Positions 1-9,559 of a DNA stretch of 29,192 nucleotides are shown piece by piece; position 1 is the stretch's first letter, and each line of letters begins with the position of its first letter. Location: positions 1-29,192 of IMG/VR virus record IMGVR_UViG_3300020045_002701; one strand, given 5' to 3'. Source of the DNA: a virus. Its lineage: Duplodnaviria > Caudoviricetes. The translations under genes were made by a program, and so were the position numbers. Under the pieces are notes generated by a model. The model was given only the letters and a program-made list of their open reading frames with translations, was not told the origin of the DNA and ran no database searches.

Positions 1-1218
1 GTTATTGACTTTGGTGTTCGTTATAGCCCGATTGCTCTGGCACCTATCGCTGGGAAGGTTTGGAAAAAGGAGATTGACAAGGACTTGGGGGAGAAAGTCT
101 CTCAAATGCTTGTTGGGTCAACTATGATTTACACTATGGCCCATAGAGAAGCAGAGAAAGAGAAAGAAGGGTTACAATGGAACGAAGAGAGGGATGATGC
201 CGGGGGGGTTTATAAAGTAGACAACCTATTCCCTTGGGGGCTTTACAATCTTGCTGGGCGTCTTAGTTTGGGGTGGGCCAGAGGAGAGGGCCTTAATCCT
301 GACCTAATGACTGCTGCTGCACAACAGCTCAGCTTCCCTGCTGCCCTAGGGGACATTGGTAGTCCTCAAATTGTTAGAGATTTGGTAGCTTATGCTGTAG
401 CCCCCACAACAACTGAAGACGATAAAAATGCTTTTTGGGATTTGATGGCTTATGGGGCTAATTTCGTAGCCCCTATTGCTGCTGGCTTCACTCGTCCTCT
501 TGATCCCCTTAACAAGTTTGTGGGGGCTTATTCTGACGCTTATGGGGTCACTTCTAATGTCACGATTGATAAGAAATTGTCGGATGGTGTAGATGGGACT
601 ATCCAAAGCTTTAGTCGTTATACTAACACTTTGTTTGACTTTCTTTTGGGAGAGCCTAACGAAGAGGGAAAACTCCTGTATGGGAGTCCTAAGCACTCTG
701 CTACACAAGAAGGAGAGATTAGGTCTGGTAACGTAGGGGCTGGGATTTTTGGTGCTCAATACGCTCAACGTAGGACACCTATTGATAAACTCTTGGGCAT
801 GGTTAACAAGGCTCCTTTCAAGGCTGATAGCTTTACATCTGGCAACCCTGAATATGACGATTTTATGAACCAGAATGTTCAACCTATTTTGGAGAGAGAG
901 GCAACTCGTCTGCTGAATAATAAGATGTTCATGGGACTGCCAATGTCAGTTAAAATCGCACAGGTTGATACTATGCTAACAGCTGCGAGAGATGAGGTTT
1001 TATCTTCTCTTGAAACTGCTGGTAGAGGTGGTGCTGAGGATCGTCTGCTTAACGAGAGACGTAAGCTACTCATTTTATCTAAGACTGATAGACAGCAGGC
1101 TAAGAAGGAGTTGGGTATCACAACACCAGATCATAAACTGAATGGTACACAAATCCGTATCATTCAAAATAAAATCAAAATCAACAACAAAATGTATAAA
1201 AAAGGGATGGGGTTCTAA
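1..1218 (+). CDS. C-terminal part of a large phage protein, probably an internal virion protein (5' truncated by the window)
   Basis: Frame is open from base 1 (VIDFGVRYSPIALAP...). It is the only long + strand ORF and converges on the replication arm at a terminator. Function is inferred from position only. Confidence 0.6.
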   Translation, partial: VIDFGVRYSPIALAPIAGKVWKKEIDKDLGEKVSQMLVGSTMIYTMAHREAEKEKEGLQWNEERDDAGGVYKVDNLFPWGLYNLAGRLSLGWARGEGLNPDLMTAAAQQLSFPAALGDIGSPQIVRDLVAYAVAPTTTEDDKNAFWDLMAYGANFVAPIAAGFTRPLDPLNKFVGAYSDAYGVTSNVTIDKKLSDGVDGTIQSFSRYTNTLFDFLLGEPNEEGKLLYGSPKHSATQEGEIRSGNVGAGIFGAQYAQRRTPIDKLLGMVNKAPFKADSFTSGNPEYDDFMNQNVQPILEREATRLLNNKMFMGLPMSVKIAQVDTMLTAARDEVLSSLETAGRGGAEDRLLNERRKLLILSKTDRQQAKKELGITTPDHKLNGTQIRIIQNKIKINNKMYKKGMGF

Positions 1219-1243
1219 CGAACCCAGCCTTAGAAATGATTAA

Positions 1244-1278
1244 GCCCCGCTCAGCATAACGCTGGCGGGGCCTTTTTT
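1244..1278 (+). terminator. Rho-independent terminator between convergent arms
   Basis: GCCCCGC-T-CAGC-ataac-GCTG-GCGGGGC hairpin followed by CTTTTTT, lying between the stops at 1218 and 1283. Confidence 0.85.
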
Positions 1279-1282
1279 ATGT

Positions 1283-1984
1283 TTAAATGGCCTCACCATA
1301 GAAGGCAGTGAGCCATTGCTTACAGATGTCACTACGAACAACATCGTCAAGAGTAAACTCAACCACTGCTGCATCAATGTTATACTTGTTAATCAAGTCT
1401 AGAGCGAGAGACAGACCAGAGCGGTCTTTAATGTCACTTTGCCTAATGTCCCCATTCAACACCAACTTACAATTCTCACCAATACGAGTGACAACCATTT
1501 TAAATTGAGCAATGTCTAGGTTCTGAGCTTCATCCAACAAGACAAGAGCATTATTGTAAGAAGCTCCTCGCATGTATTCCAGAGGAGCCATCTGAATGTT
1601 GCCATTCTTAATGCCTGTCTCTACAACACCTTTACCAAGCTTCTCTTCTAGCACAGAGAGGACAGGGCTGAGCCAAGGACCAAACTTCTCTCCTAGATCA
1701 CCGGGCAAAGCCCCCAGAGACTTACCTACAGATACAGCAGGACGAGTGATGATGATCTTGGTGATCTTCTTCGTCGCGTACAGATTAGCTGCCATAGTGG
1801 CCGCAATGTAGGTTTTACCAGTGCCTGATGGGCCTAGCACAATGATTTGATCATGTGTGTCAAAGGCATCAATGTAAGCTGCTTGGTTATCGTTGTAAGG
1901 AGTGAGGCTGCTCATCTTAGCAACCCCCTCCTCCTCAGCCTTTTTGTAGCGGGATACACGTTTCCCAGTTGGCTTTTGAAGCAT
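1283..1984 (-). CDS. phoH: PhoH-family ATPase
   Basis: Walker A GPSGTGKT; IITRPAV, LGALPGDL, PLEYMRG, LLDEAQN, TRIGE, GDIRQSD and DVVRS motifs. Confidence 0.95.
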   Translation of the reverse strand: MLQKPTGKRVSRYKKAEEEGVAKMSSLTPYNDNQAAYIDAFDTHDQIIVLGPSGTGKTYIAATMAANLYATKKITKIIITRPAVSVGKSLGALPGDLGEKFGPWLSPVLSVLEEKLGKGVVETGIKNGNIQMAPLEYMRGASYNNALVLLDEAQNLDIAQFKMVVTRIGENCKLVLNGDIRQSDIKDRSGLSLALDLINKYNIDAAVVEFTLDDVVRSDICKQWLTAFYGEAI

Positions 1985-1985
1985 T

Positions 1986-2215
1986 TTATTTCTTTCTTGT
2001 TAAATCAAAGCCGATTGGTTGCTTAGGGACGTATTTAGCATATGGGTCTCCGAACATATTCAACACAGACGAGGGATGAATTTCTGTATCCTCAAAGACT
2101 GTAATGTTCTTCAAACCAAGTTGATCGAAGTGGTCATAGTAACTACTCGCAGGTTCTGATCCCCGTTGCTGGATCAAAGTAGCAAGCTCCACCAGTTTTC
2201 TCGTCAATGAAGTCA
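1986..2215 (-). CDS. Small hypothetical protein, start uncertain (overlaps RNR 3' end)
   Basis: Fills the gap between RNR and phoH, with its stop 1 nt before the phoH ATG. No clean start codon lies outside the RNR ORF, so the upstream coordinate is approximate. Confidence 0.4.
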
Positions 2216-3882
2216 TCTGTTTCCTCTTCAGGCTCTTCAGCCACATCTTCTACAGCAGCCGCATTAAGAATGCCGTAACGTTTACCTGCCAGACGGAATG
2301 TAGTGCAGCCAGAGGCTCCACCTTCCCATGCAGTCATATACACTTCTTTAAACTCATCCCATGTTACGTCATTACCAACATTACAGGTTTTAGAGCAAGC
2401 AGAGTCTACATACTGACTAGCAAGGTTAAGAACAGCTACGTGGTCTTGTACAGGGGTTTGATCAGCAGTTCGACCTTTAACACCATAGACACGATAGGCA
2501 TAGTCTTCCACTCGTTCTACAATAGGGCCATCAAAGGTTTGAATGGTTCTGTCGTAGAAGTGGGAGAAGACAGGTTCGATGCCTGAGCTTACATTGTCAG
2601 CAGACAAAGAAATAGTGCCAGTAGGAGCGATGGAAAGAAGATGACTATTGCGAATACCGTATAGTCTAATATCCTCCCGGAGTTCTTGTGGAAGTGTAAG
2701 CGCAAAGCCTGACTGAAGAAACTTGTCAGTCTCAAACAGGGGGAAAGCACCTTTTTCTTTAGCCAGTTCGATAGACGCCTTATAAACCTCATCTCGATAT
2801 ACCTCCATAACCTCTTCAAGCCATTTAAGGAATGAAGGAGAGCCGTATTGTAGCCCAAGGATTTCCCCTGTATTAGCAACACCAGTGAGACCAAGGCCCA
2901 TACGACGTTTGCTCTTAGCTTCCACCTCTTGCTCAGGAAGAGGGTAGGTCGCACGATCTACAACGTTGTCCATAGCACGGACAATATGTGGAATGTCTGC
3001 CTTAAACTGTACGTAGTTAAATACTCCGTCTTTAAGGTACTTGACAAGGTTTGTAGAACCAAGAAGACATGCACCATAAGGAGGCAAAGGTTGTTCGCCG
3101 CAAGGATTCGTGGCTGCAATCGCCTCACAATAGAACAAGTTGTTCTTCTTGTTAATCGTGTCTAGAAACAACACACCCGGCTCTGCCCAATCCCAAGTAA
3201 AGCGTAGGATTTTATTCCACAGTGCGACAGCGCTAACTTGCTTATACACTTGCCCTTCAAAACGAAGATTGAACATAGTGTTAGCTTTAACAGCTTCCAT
3301 AAACTCATCAGTGATACCAACAGAGATGTTGAACTGAGTGAGACGAGAGCTATTAGTCTTAGCCTCAATAAACTCTTCAATGTCTGGATGGTCTACACGT
3401 AGCACACCCATCTGAGCGCCTCTACGATGACCAGCAGAGGCGATAGTCTTACAGATGGCATCAAAGATGTCCATGAAAGCAATAGGCCCACTAGAGCGTG
3501 TGTCTAGGCTCTTAATGAGGGCACCACGGGGACGTAGCGTGGAGAAGTCATAACCAATGCCTCCACCAAGCCTCATAGTCTCAGCAGCTTCCTTAGCCGC
3601 TTCCATAATCTCTTCCATGCTGTCTTTAATCGTTCTACTAACGAAACAATTATAAGGAGTGACAACACGAGGACTGCCCATAGCAGACTGAACACGACCA
3701 GCAGGGAGAAAACGCATATCGAGAAGAATGTCTTTAAGCGCGAGATAGTGGGGTTCATCGTCCTTAAGAGCGTCCGCCACTCTAACCATTGCATCTTTGA
3801 AACTCTCTCCTTTCGACCTGTATTTCATAGCATGGATTTCTTGGCTAACTTTTAGCGTAGGTCCGTAATGTTTTTCTGTCAA
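2143..3882 (-). CDS. nrdJ: Class II (adenosylcobalamin-dependent) ribonucleotide reductase
   Basis: FLPAGRV, NCFV, GGGIGYDFS, RRGAQM, TNPCGEQPL, SIAPTGTIS and SSGIEP motifs; C-terminal Cys pair (GACYFD...RTCE); no ATP cone and no beta-subunit gene in the window; TTG start. Confidence 0.9.
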   Translation of the reverse strand: MTEKHYGPTLKVSQEIHAMKYRSKGESFKDAMVRVADALKDDEPHYLALKDILLDMRFLPAGRVQSAMGSPRVVTPYNCFVSRTIKDSMEEIMEAAKEAAETMRLGGGIGYDFSTLRPRGALIKSLDTRSSGPIAFMDIFDAICKTIASAGHRRGAQMGVLRVDHPDIEEFIEAKTNSSRLTQFNISVGITDEFMEAVKANTMFNLRFEGQVYKQVSAVALWNKILRFTWDWAEPGVLFLDTINKKNNLFYCEAIAATNPCGEQPLPPYGACLLGSTNLVKYLKDGVFNYVQFKADIPHIVRAMDNVVDRATYPLPEQEVEAKSKRRMGLGLTGVANTGEILGLQYGSPSFLKWLEEVMEVYRDEVYKASIELAKEKGAFPLFETDKFLQSGFALTLPQELREDIRLYGIRNSHLLSIAPTGTISLSADNVSSGIEPVFSHFYDRTIQTFDGPIVERVEDYAYRVYGVKGRTADQTPVQDHVAVLNLASQYVDSACSKTCNVGNDVTWDEFKEVYMTAWEGGASGCTTFRLAGKRYGILNAAAVEDVAEEPEEETDDFIDEKTGGACYFDPATGIRTCE

Positions 3883-3884
3883 TC

Positions 3885-4103
3885 TTAGTACCCCACTTCA
3901 TCAGGTTCTTCATAAGTGTCTTCATATTTCCAAGAGATTTTAACAGCTTCATCTTCTAGTGTGATGGTGCCGTTATTCACCCCTTTTCGTCTGGTCAAGA
4001 ATACATACATCCCCGGCCAGATATTTTTAACAATGTCTTCTTCTTGGTAGTTGTCAAGACGGTCATTCATTTCAACAACCATAGTAAATGTTTTTGTGCT
4101 CAC
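3885..4103 (-). CDS. Hypothetical protein
   Basis: Tightly packed ORF; GTGA overlap with the upstream gene and a GGAG SD. Confidence 0.7.
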   Translation of the reverse strand: MSTKTFTMVVEMNDRLDNYQEEDIVKNIWPGMYVFLTRRKGVNNGTITLEDEAVKISWKYEDTYEEPDEVGY

Positions 4104-4339
4104 TCATAAAACTCCTTCAGTAGTTTGTACAAACGTCTTGGGCTTCGCAATAAAACTTGCCCAAAGTAGTTCTCCATGTTTGGAAAACTAGCACCTTTTT
4201 CACGAATAATATTTTGAATAGCTTCTGAGGCTTTATGATCAATAAGTTCTTCCTGCGTCTCAAAGTACCTGTTATCGTACTTATAAACAGATACAAGCTT
4301 TTCTGGTGGCGGACTAGATTCTTTAGAGAATAGTCTCAA
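4100..4339 (-). CDS. Hypothetical protein
   Basis: Fills the gap in the operon and overlaps both neighbours. Confidence 0.65.
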   Translation of the reverse strand: MRLFSKESSPPPEKLVSVYKYDNRYFETQEELIDHKASEAIQNIIREKGASFPNMENYFGQVLLRSPRRLYKLLKEFYE

Positions 4340-4745
4340 GAAGTGTCTCCATATCTGGGGGGAGATAGTTTGGCCCCTTCAATACCTTCCCATCTTCACG
4401 ATAGACAGGCTTACCATCGTCACCAAGCTTGCTTAGATTAGATTTGTGAACACGAATGAAAGCCTCTTCAAGAGGCAAGCCCAATGCCACAGCCAACCCT
4501 GATAGGACGTATTGCACATCTGCCATTTCCTTCAGCATACGTGCCTTCACCTTCATAGGGATGCCTGTCTTAAACCCACTCTCTGCCATAGCAATGGCAA
4601 TCTCTTCACCAAGCTCTTTAAGCTCCTCTACCAGCAGGTTGTAACGAAACTCAAGGAGAGTGGCAGTGGGAGATTTGTTGTCAACATCTTGCCCCATCAG
4701 TCGATGGAACTGTCGAACGTAGTCTTCTCTATTTTGTTGATACAT
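4323..4745 (-). CDS. MazG-like/PRA-PH-like all-alpha NTP pyrophosphohydrolase
   Basis: EELKEL...KEMADVQYV...VHKSNLSKLGDDGKPVYREDGKVLKGPNY signature. Confidence 0.9.
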   Translation of the reverse strand: MYQQNREDYVRQFHRLMGQDVDNKSPTATLLEFRYNLLVEELKELGEEIAIAMAESGFKTGIPMKVKARMLKEMADVQYVLSGLAVALGLPLEEAFIRVHKSNLSKLGDDGKPVYREDGKVLKGPNYLPPDMETLLETIL

Positions 4746-4987
4746 TAGTCGTCATACCCCTCATCAACATTGTTCACCATATTTGTACAGAATTGTTGTA
4801 GACGGAAGACATCATAAACAATATCTCGTCGATCAGTGGAGTTGGTCCCTACAGCTACAGTGCCATCTTTTCGTTCTACAATGAACACAGCTCGGACAGC
4901 TTCATCTTTCAGACTGTCGATAAAAGCCATATAGTTCTCATCGTCTTCGTCTAGGGAGCCTAGTTGGATAATTTTAGCTTCAGTCAT
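4745..4987 (-). CDS. Hypothetical protein
   Basis: ATGA and TAATG coupling with its neighbours. Confidence 0.75.
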   Translation of the reverse strand: MTEAKIIQLGSLDEDDENYMAFIDSLKDEAVRAVFIVERKDGTVAVGTNSTDRRDIVYDVFRLQQFCTNMVNNVDEGYDD

Positions 4988-5526
4988 TTTGTTCTTCCAT
5001 AAAATTGTGTGGCGTTGCCCACATCTTTGTTTTTGTCAAAGAAGTACCAAGCATAGTTCTCTACACCCGCTCCTTTACTGTCTTCAATCCACTTCACTCT
5101 GCCAATAGACACCACTCTCTCACACACATCTAGGTAGGGGGCAAAGCGGAGGTTGTGCAGGAAGTCAGCAGGGAGAAGGAGGACAGTTGGTTTCAAACTA
5201 ATCCACTTGTCCATAAGGGGCTGTAGCACATTCCACGTAAAAGGTGGATTGGTGATAATAGCATCACAATATTGAACAGCTTCTTCTGTAAGGCTATTAC
5301 CATCTCCTTTCGTAATCCAATCAGCTTGTGGTTCAATGTCAACAGGGAGGAAACACACAGCATTGAACATACGTTCTAGGTGTCCTACCAAAGCCCCATC
5401 ACCTGCACAAGGCTCACAGAACGAGAAGTTCTGTTCTAGATGGTTGGCTAGAGGTAGGACAGCCTTAGCTGGGGTTGGATAGAAGTCTCTAGGCTTCTTC
5501 TCATACACCCCTTGTGTCTTTGTCAT
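4984..5526 (-). CDS. DNA amino (N6-adenine/N4-cytosine) methyltransferase
   Basis: RDFYPTP, SAM motif EPCAGDG and catalytic ITNPPF. Start moved to the ATG at 5526 (GGAGG SD, ATGA overlap). Confidence 0.88.
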   Translation of the reverse strand: MTKTQGVYEKKPRDFYPTPAKAVLPLANHLEQNFSFCEPCAGDGALVGHLERMFNAVCFLPVDIEPQADWITKGDGNSLTEEAVQYCDAIITNPPFTWNVLQPLMDKWISLKPTVLLLPADFLHNLRFAPYLDVCERVVSIGRVKWIEDSKGAGVENYAWYFFDKNKDVGNATQFYGRTK

Positions 5527-5714
5527 TGAACCTCCATTTCTACACAATCTTGACGGATATAGTACCCTAAGTCATAGTTAGCTGAATCCTCCTCTTGAAC
5601 TCCCGGTCCCATACCTTTGATAAAAGCCTTTGCTTTTTCTTTGGTGGAGTAAATACTGTGGACCCAAGTATCCTCACCGTCACCAGAAAAAGCCTCTACG
5701 TAATAAACTTTCAT
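5523..5714 (-). CDS. Small hypothetical phage protein
   Basis: MKVYYV...SIYSTKEKAKAF pattern typical of small phage proteins; ATGA coupling. Confidence 0.75.
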   Translation of the reverse strand: MKVYYVEAFSGDGEDTWVHSIYSTKEKAKAFIKGMGPGVQEEDSANYDLGYYIRQDCVEMEVQ

Positions 5715-6361
5715 TTAGCCCCCAGTACATTTGGAAATGCTGGGACCAACACCTCTCTGATTTTACGAGCAAGGAGGACATGTTCCCACTGTGTAACTCC
5801 TTCATCGTCTCTTACTTCTAGATAATGAAGCCATGAACGAAGAGTGCCATTGACGTAGAGCTTGCTCATTGTAAGCCCTTCTGGGAGGAACACACGAGCA
5901 CATTCTTTAGCTACACCTTTTTTAATTGCAGCTTGATAAATGTTATTAGCCCGATGGATAGCAATCCCCACTTCAGTAGAGGCCAAATCTCTTGTAGCCT
6001 TATCAAGGTCATCAATAGAATTTTGTCTGTTCTTGCTATCTTGTCGTCTAAACTCTCGGTTGGTGTAACCAACCTCCTCACTATATCGTTGGCTAAACTC
6101 TTGGAACGAGAAGCTACGGTGACGTAGTAGTTGTCTAGTGATATCTCTAGGGGCTTCCACTTCTACAACAGCGTTAGCCATCTCAAAGATTGAGAAGTGT
6201 TTATTACGAACACAATAGTCTAGGAGGCTTCCAAGCTCTTTGTCTTGGTGTTGAGGGTTGCTGACACGAGCACAGAAGGCGACCAGCCCCTCTGGGCTGG
6301 CCTCCCTAAGTTCAATGGTGGGTTGGGTGAGGGCTACAAGCCTCGCTGTAATTTTAGTCAA
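5711..6361 (-). CDS. thyX: Flavin-dependent thymidylate synthase
   Basis: HFSIFE; RQLLRHRSFSFQEFSQRY (RHRx7S); ECARVFLP; TQWEH. Confidence 0.95.
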   Translation of the reverse strand: MTKITARLVALTQPTIELREASPEGLVAFCARVSNPQHQDKELGSLLDYCVRNKHFSIFEMANAVVEVEAPRDITRQLLRHRSFSFQEFSQRYSEEVGYTNREFRRQDSKNRQNSIDDLDKATRDLASTEVGIAIHRANNIYQAAIKKGVAKECARVFLPEGLTMSKLYVNGTLRSWLHYLEVRDDEGVTQWEHVLLARKIREVLVPAFPNVLGAK

Positions 6362-6506
6362 TGATCACCTCATTTGCTGCTTCTTTAAGACGAGACATCA
6401 CATCGTCCAATAGAGCTTGGTTCTCTTTACTTTTGTCTTTCGTAAATCGTGCAGCAACACCATTGTACTCCCGGACAACTTCATTTAGTTTTTTAAATTT
6501 CTTCAT
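6354..6506 (-). CDS. Small hypothetical protein (about 50 aa)
   Basis: ATG at 6506 (MKKFKK) preceded by a GGGAG SD; overlaps the thyX start. Confidence 0.6.
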   Translation of the reverse strand: MKKFKKLNEVVREYNGVAARFTKDKSKENQALLDDVMSRLKEAANEVIID

Positions 6507-6561
6507 GTTATAACTCCCACTGCTACGATTAGTAGCAACACACAAATAGTGGTAAAATACA

Positions 6562-7338
6562 TCAATTAGCTTGGTTCGCAATTAGGTTTGCATTCTTTGT
6601 AAGAACGCTATAACGTCCACGTCCCCAGCCACTACAAGCAACACACTGGAAACGATGGTACTTACCTACGCTAGTGTAAGCATAGCCACGCCATTGGACA
6701 TGACTACCCCCACACTTAGGACAAACAACATCCTCAACATTCTCTGCGTATACAGCAAGGTTAGGGTGCTTAGTGTCCCAAGGACGAAGTTTATAGTAAA
6801 GCTCTTCAAGAGCAAGAATGTCAAGAATGTTATACTCTCTCATTTCTGCCCAAGCTTCATCGTCTCCACGAAGACAAGCAAGCCACAACTCAAAGCCGGG
6901 GAATTTCTTATGTCCACCTTTCTTAATTTTACAACCAAGGATGGTGGTGAGATATTCCAGAGAATTGGACGCAAATCCAAACTCATTCTTAGCGATTTTG
7001 AGAGTGTCAATAACCTTGACGGGAGAAGGAGGAGCAATGCCATGAACCACAGCCCTACCACGGATTTGTTTCATATCGAAACGCTCACCATTATGAGCAA
7101 TAACCATGTCAGCCTGATCTAGTAGATGGCACACTTTCTCAATCAGAAGCTTGTCGTTATCTTTTCTATTTTCTTCGTAGAAGATTTCATCACTGTCAAG
7201 CCACTTAGCTGCGAAAGACATCATGTGACCATGTTCTTTCACTTGTTTAGCAGAGATGTTCTCTTTGAAGAACCGCCAGACATAAGCAACCTTTGGGGCT
7301 GTCTCGATGTCTAGGACTAGAATTTTAGGTTGAGGCAC
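6562..7338 (-). CDS. DnaQ/RNase_H_2-like exonuclease with C-terminal Zn ribbon
   Basis: LDIETAP, AHNGERFD and YNILDI motifs; CPKCG...CVAC. Confidence 0.88.
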   Translation of the reverse strand: MPQPKILVLDIETAPKVAYVWRFFKENISAKQVKEHGHMMSFAAKWLDSDEIFYEENRKDNDKLLIEKVCHLLDQADMVIAHNGERFDMKQIRGRAVVHGIAPPSPVKVIDTLKIAKNEFGFASNSLEYLTTILGCKIKKGGHKKFPGFELWLACLRGDDEAWAEMREYNILDILALEELYYKLRPWDTKHPNLAVYAENVEDVVCPKCGGSHVQWRGYAYTSVGKYHRFQCVACSGWGRGRYSVLTKNANLIANQAN

Positions 7339-7660
7339 TGGTTTGATCCTCCAAATGAGCGAGGAGCATTTCAGCGTAATGAATAACCTTCTTTACGTCT
7401 TGTACACCATTTTTCTGTTTGTAACGAGAAATGTATTTGACAATGTTAGCTTCACAAAAGCCTAGATCATTTGCTAGGATGTATTCGATAGGCTGGATTT
7501 TCATTGTCTTGTAGTGATCACCCCCCACCTGTTCTTTGAATGGGTCTGTCTTATCTGGCATTAAAAAATTTGGTGGGAGGGCTGTAGCCCAGCTCCGAGG
7601 GCTTACTTGCAAGTGTGCAGGAACAGAAGAACTTGGGTCGTAGTAGTTAATGTGGCTCAT
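7325..7660 (-). CDS. DUF3310 protein (T7 gp1.7-like putative nucleotide kinase)
   Basis: QVGGDHYK...QPIEYI...GFCEANIVKYISRY..KNG..DVKK..HY signature. Confidence 0.85.
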   Translation of the reverse strand: MSHINYYDPSSSVPAHLQVSPRSWATALPPNFLMPDKTDPFKEQVGGDHYKTMKIQPIEYILANDLGFCEANIVKYISRYKQKNGVQDVKKVIHYAEMLLAHLEDQTSAST

Positions 7661-7917
7661 ACATTACCCTTCCACTCATCATCTACAAAATCTACACCAG
7701 CAGTGACAAGTTCTTTCACTTTCTTAGGACCAATCTTCTTAACAAGAGCAGTCATTTGAGCAATCTCTAGACGCTCTTCTTTAGTCAAAGCGTCAACATA
7801 TTCTTTAGCGGTGTGTGCCCCCTGATCCTCATACAGGTTGTGGAACATTACAGAACGGTTATAGATACGAAGCGGACGGTGTTGGATGTCACGGAATAGA
7901 TTAAATTGAGTTTTCAT
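7657..7917 (-). CDS. Hypothetical protein
   Basis: Likely start MKTQFNLF at 7917; ATGA overlap downstream. Confidence 0.7.
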   Translation of the reverse strand: MKTQFNLFRDIQHRPLRIYNRSVMFHNLYEDQGAHTAKEYVDALTKEERLEIAQMTALVKKIGPKKVKELVTAGVDFVDDEWKGNV

Positions 7918-8323
7918 TTTGTTCTTTCTTATTATCTCTAGCAATTTTAGCTAGGTTGCGTTCTTCTGACGACTTTTTATCATGGCAGGCTTTGCACAGA
8001 ACTTGTAGGTTCTCCACTTCACAGTAGAGATTATTCACAAAGTCGTCCCAGCCACTGAAACCCGTGGTGGGGTCAACAATGGCATTCTTGTGATCTACGC
8101 TAATATTATTCACCCTCTTACCATTTACTACAATGGATTTAGGGACTTCTTCTTTACATTCATTGCAAAGATAGACACCTCTTCTTAGATTAGCTGCTTT
8201 CAGTGTGTCCGTAATGGGCTTCCAAAATCTTGATGCCCTACGCAAATGCCCCTTAACGAAAGAGACAAATGCTGCTTCAGTCATTGTGCCCGATGATCTG
8301 GGCTTAATTACAGGTGACTTCAA
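7901..8323 (-). CDS. HNH endonuclease
   Basis: CNEC...VDHK...NLQVLCKACHDKKS. Confidence 0.88.
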   Translation of the reverse strand: MKSPVIKPRSSGTMTEAAFVSFVKGHLRRASRFWKPITDTLKAANLRRGVYLCNECKEEVPKSIVVNGKRVNNISVDHKNAIVDPTTGFSGWDDFVNNLYCEVENLQVLCKACHDKKSSEERNLAKIARDNKKEQNENSI

Positions 8324-8651
8324 TAACCTTCACCCCTTTCTTTCTAGCAATAGACACCATATGGGCTGTGCCCTTGCCGCCGGGGAAGGCTACAACGAGG
8401 TCAGGGGTTTCCTCTTCTAACATTTGAATGTTACGAAGTATGCCAGCAGACTTCCCATATTTTTCCCAATCAGGCTTACAAACTTTTACCTGTGTGTTGG
8501 TATCTCTTGCCCATCTTCCAGCAAGTGAGTCAGCTCCTTTTGCCCCACCATGAATAACTACCTCAACACCTTCATCGTAAAGCTTATTTAGTTCCTCACA
8601 GAGCTTTAGATAGTCATCATACCCCCTTCCTCCACAAACTAAAATCTTCAT
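8304..8651 (-). CDS. DUF2493 / YspA-related SLOG family protein
   Basis: ILVCGGR, IHGGAKGADSLA, GKSAGILRNIQM and VAFPGGKGTAHM motifs. Confidence 0.9.
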   Translation of the reverse strand: MKILVCGGRGYDDYLKLCEELNKLYDEGVEVVIHGGAKGADSLAGRWARDTNTQVKVCKPDWEKYGKSAGILRNIQMLEEETPDLVVAFPGGKGTAHMVSIARKKGVKVIEVTCN

Positions 8652-9559
8652 TTAGGTGGCCTCCATTTAATCTTCTCTCCTTGTCCGTCAACTTCTTTAA
8701 TCATGTACAACAAATCTACTTGCTCCCTAAACTTAGGTTTCCAATCATCTCCCCATGCTTTCACATAAACCTCTGCCGTAAGCTCGTAAGCTTGTCTAAC
8801 AGATTCTGCATCTTTAAGGAGAGTGTAAGCAAACACAGGGCCTCTTCCCTTCATACCTCCAATATTATCTACAGCGTCACCAACGAGCATTTGATAGTAC
8901 AAGAATTTAGCCCCTGTACCAAAGATTTTAGCTGGTTTAGCCCTTCCCTTGCTATCTTTCTCACCGGGGTTCCTGTGAATTAGCTCGCCCAATTCGTCCA
9001 CCATGATAGGGCCAATAGACGCTTGCCCTCCACATTCCCATGAATAGTGCCATCCCGGACATTGACGTACATCTTTGTCACGAGAGCAGATGATTGTATT
9101 TAGCTCACCGTTTTTATAAGCGGAGTATTGCATAATCACCATAGCATCGTCGGCTTCTAACCCTGTCTCATTAACATGTACATCATAGGATGCAAGAACA
9201 TAATGTAGGAGGTTAGTGAAGTGGAATGGTTTGGTTGTCTTACGACCCCCTTTGTACTCTTTCTCCTTTGCTGCTTCAATCCGAAAGTTCTCAACATACT
9301 CTTTAGGCTCTTCACCTTGTCGTTCTCTCTGCTTGTTTAAGGTTTTGTTGACCTTATGTGTGTTGGTAATGAAGAGGAGAGGAGGACCAGTGGCCTGCAC
9401 CTCATCACAGATGAGAGCAATCTTCTTATCAAACAAGTCTTGGCAGAAGTCCCATGTTGAAGGAACCACCACCTTCTCTCCATTTTCGTCTGTCTCAATC
9501 TTCTCTGACGAGAAGCCAATCTCGTAGAGGAGCACGTCACAATCAATTAATGGTCTCAT
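8648..9559 (-). CDS. 5'-3' exonuclease (T7 gp6-like)
   Basis: LIDCD, YKGGR, EADD, SRDKD and GDAVDNIGGMKGRGP motifs; start MRPLID at 9559 by ATGA overlap. Confidence 0.9.
   Translation of the reverse strand: MRPLIDCDVLLYEIGFSSEKIETDENGEKVVVPSTWDFCQDLFDKKIALICDEVQATGPPLLFITNTHKVNKTLNKQRERQGEEPKEYVENFRIEAAKEKEYKGGRKTTKPFHFTNLLHYVLASYDVHVNETGLEADDAMVIMQYSAYKNGELNTIICSRDKDVRQCPGWHYSWECGGQASIGPIMVDELGELIHRNPGEKDSKGRAKPAKIFGTGAKFLYYQMLVGDAVDNIGGMKGRGPVFAYTLLKDAESVRQAYELTAEVYVKAWGDDWKPKFREQVDLLYMIKEVDGQGEKIKWRPPK

Noticed and set aside
346-1121. Minus-strand ORFs 346-882 and 879-1121
   Set aside because: Antisense shadows of the long + strand gene, with no recognisable motifs.
1210-1225. Small hairpin GGGTTC-TAAC-GAACCC over the stop codon
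   Set aside because: Short stem with no U-tract; the stronger terminator follows at 1244.
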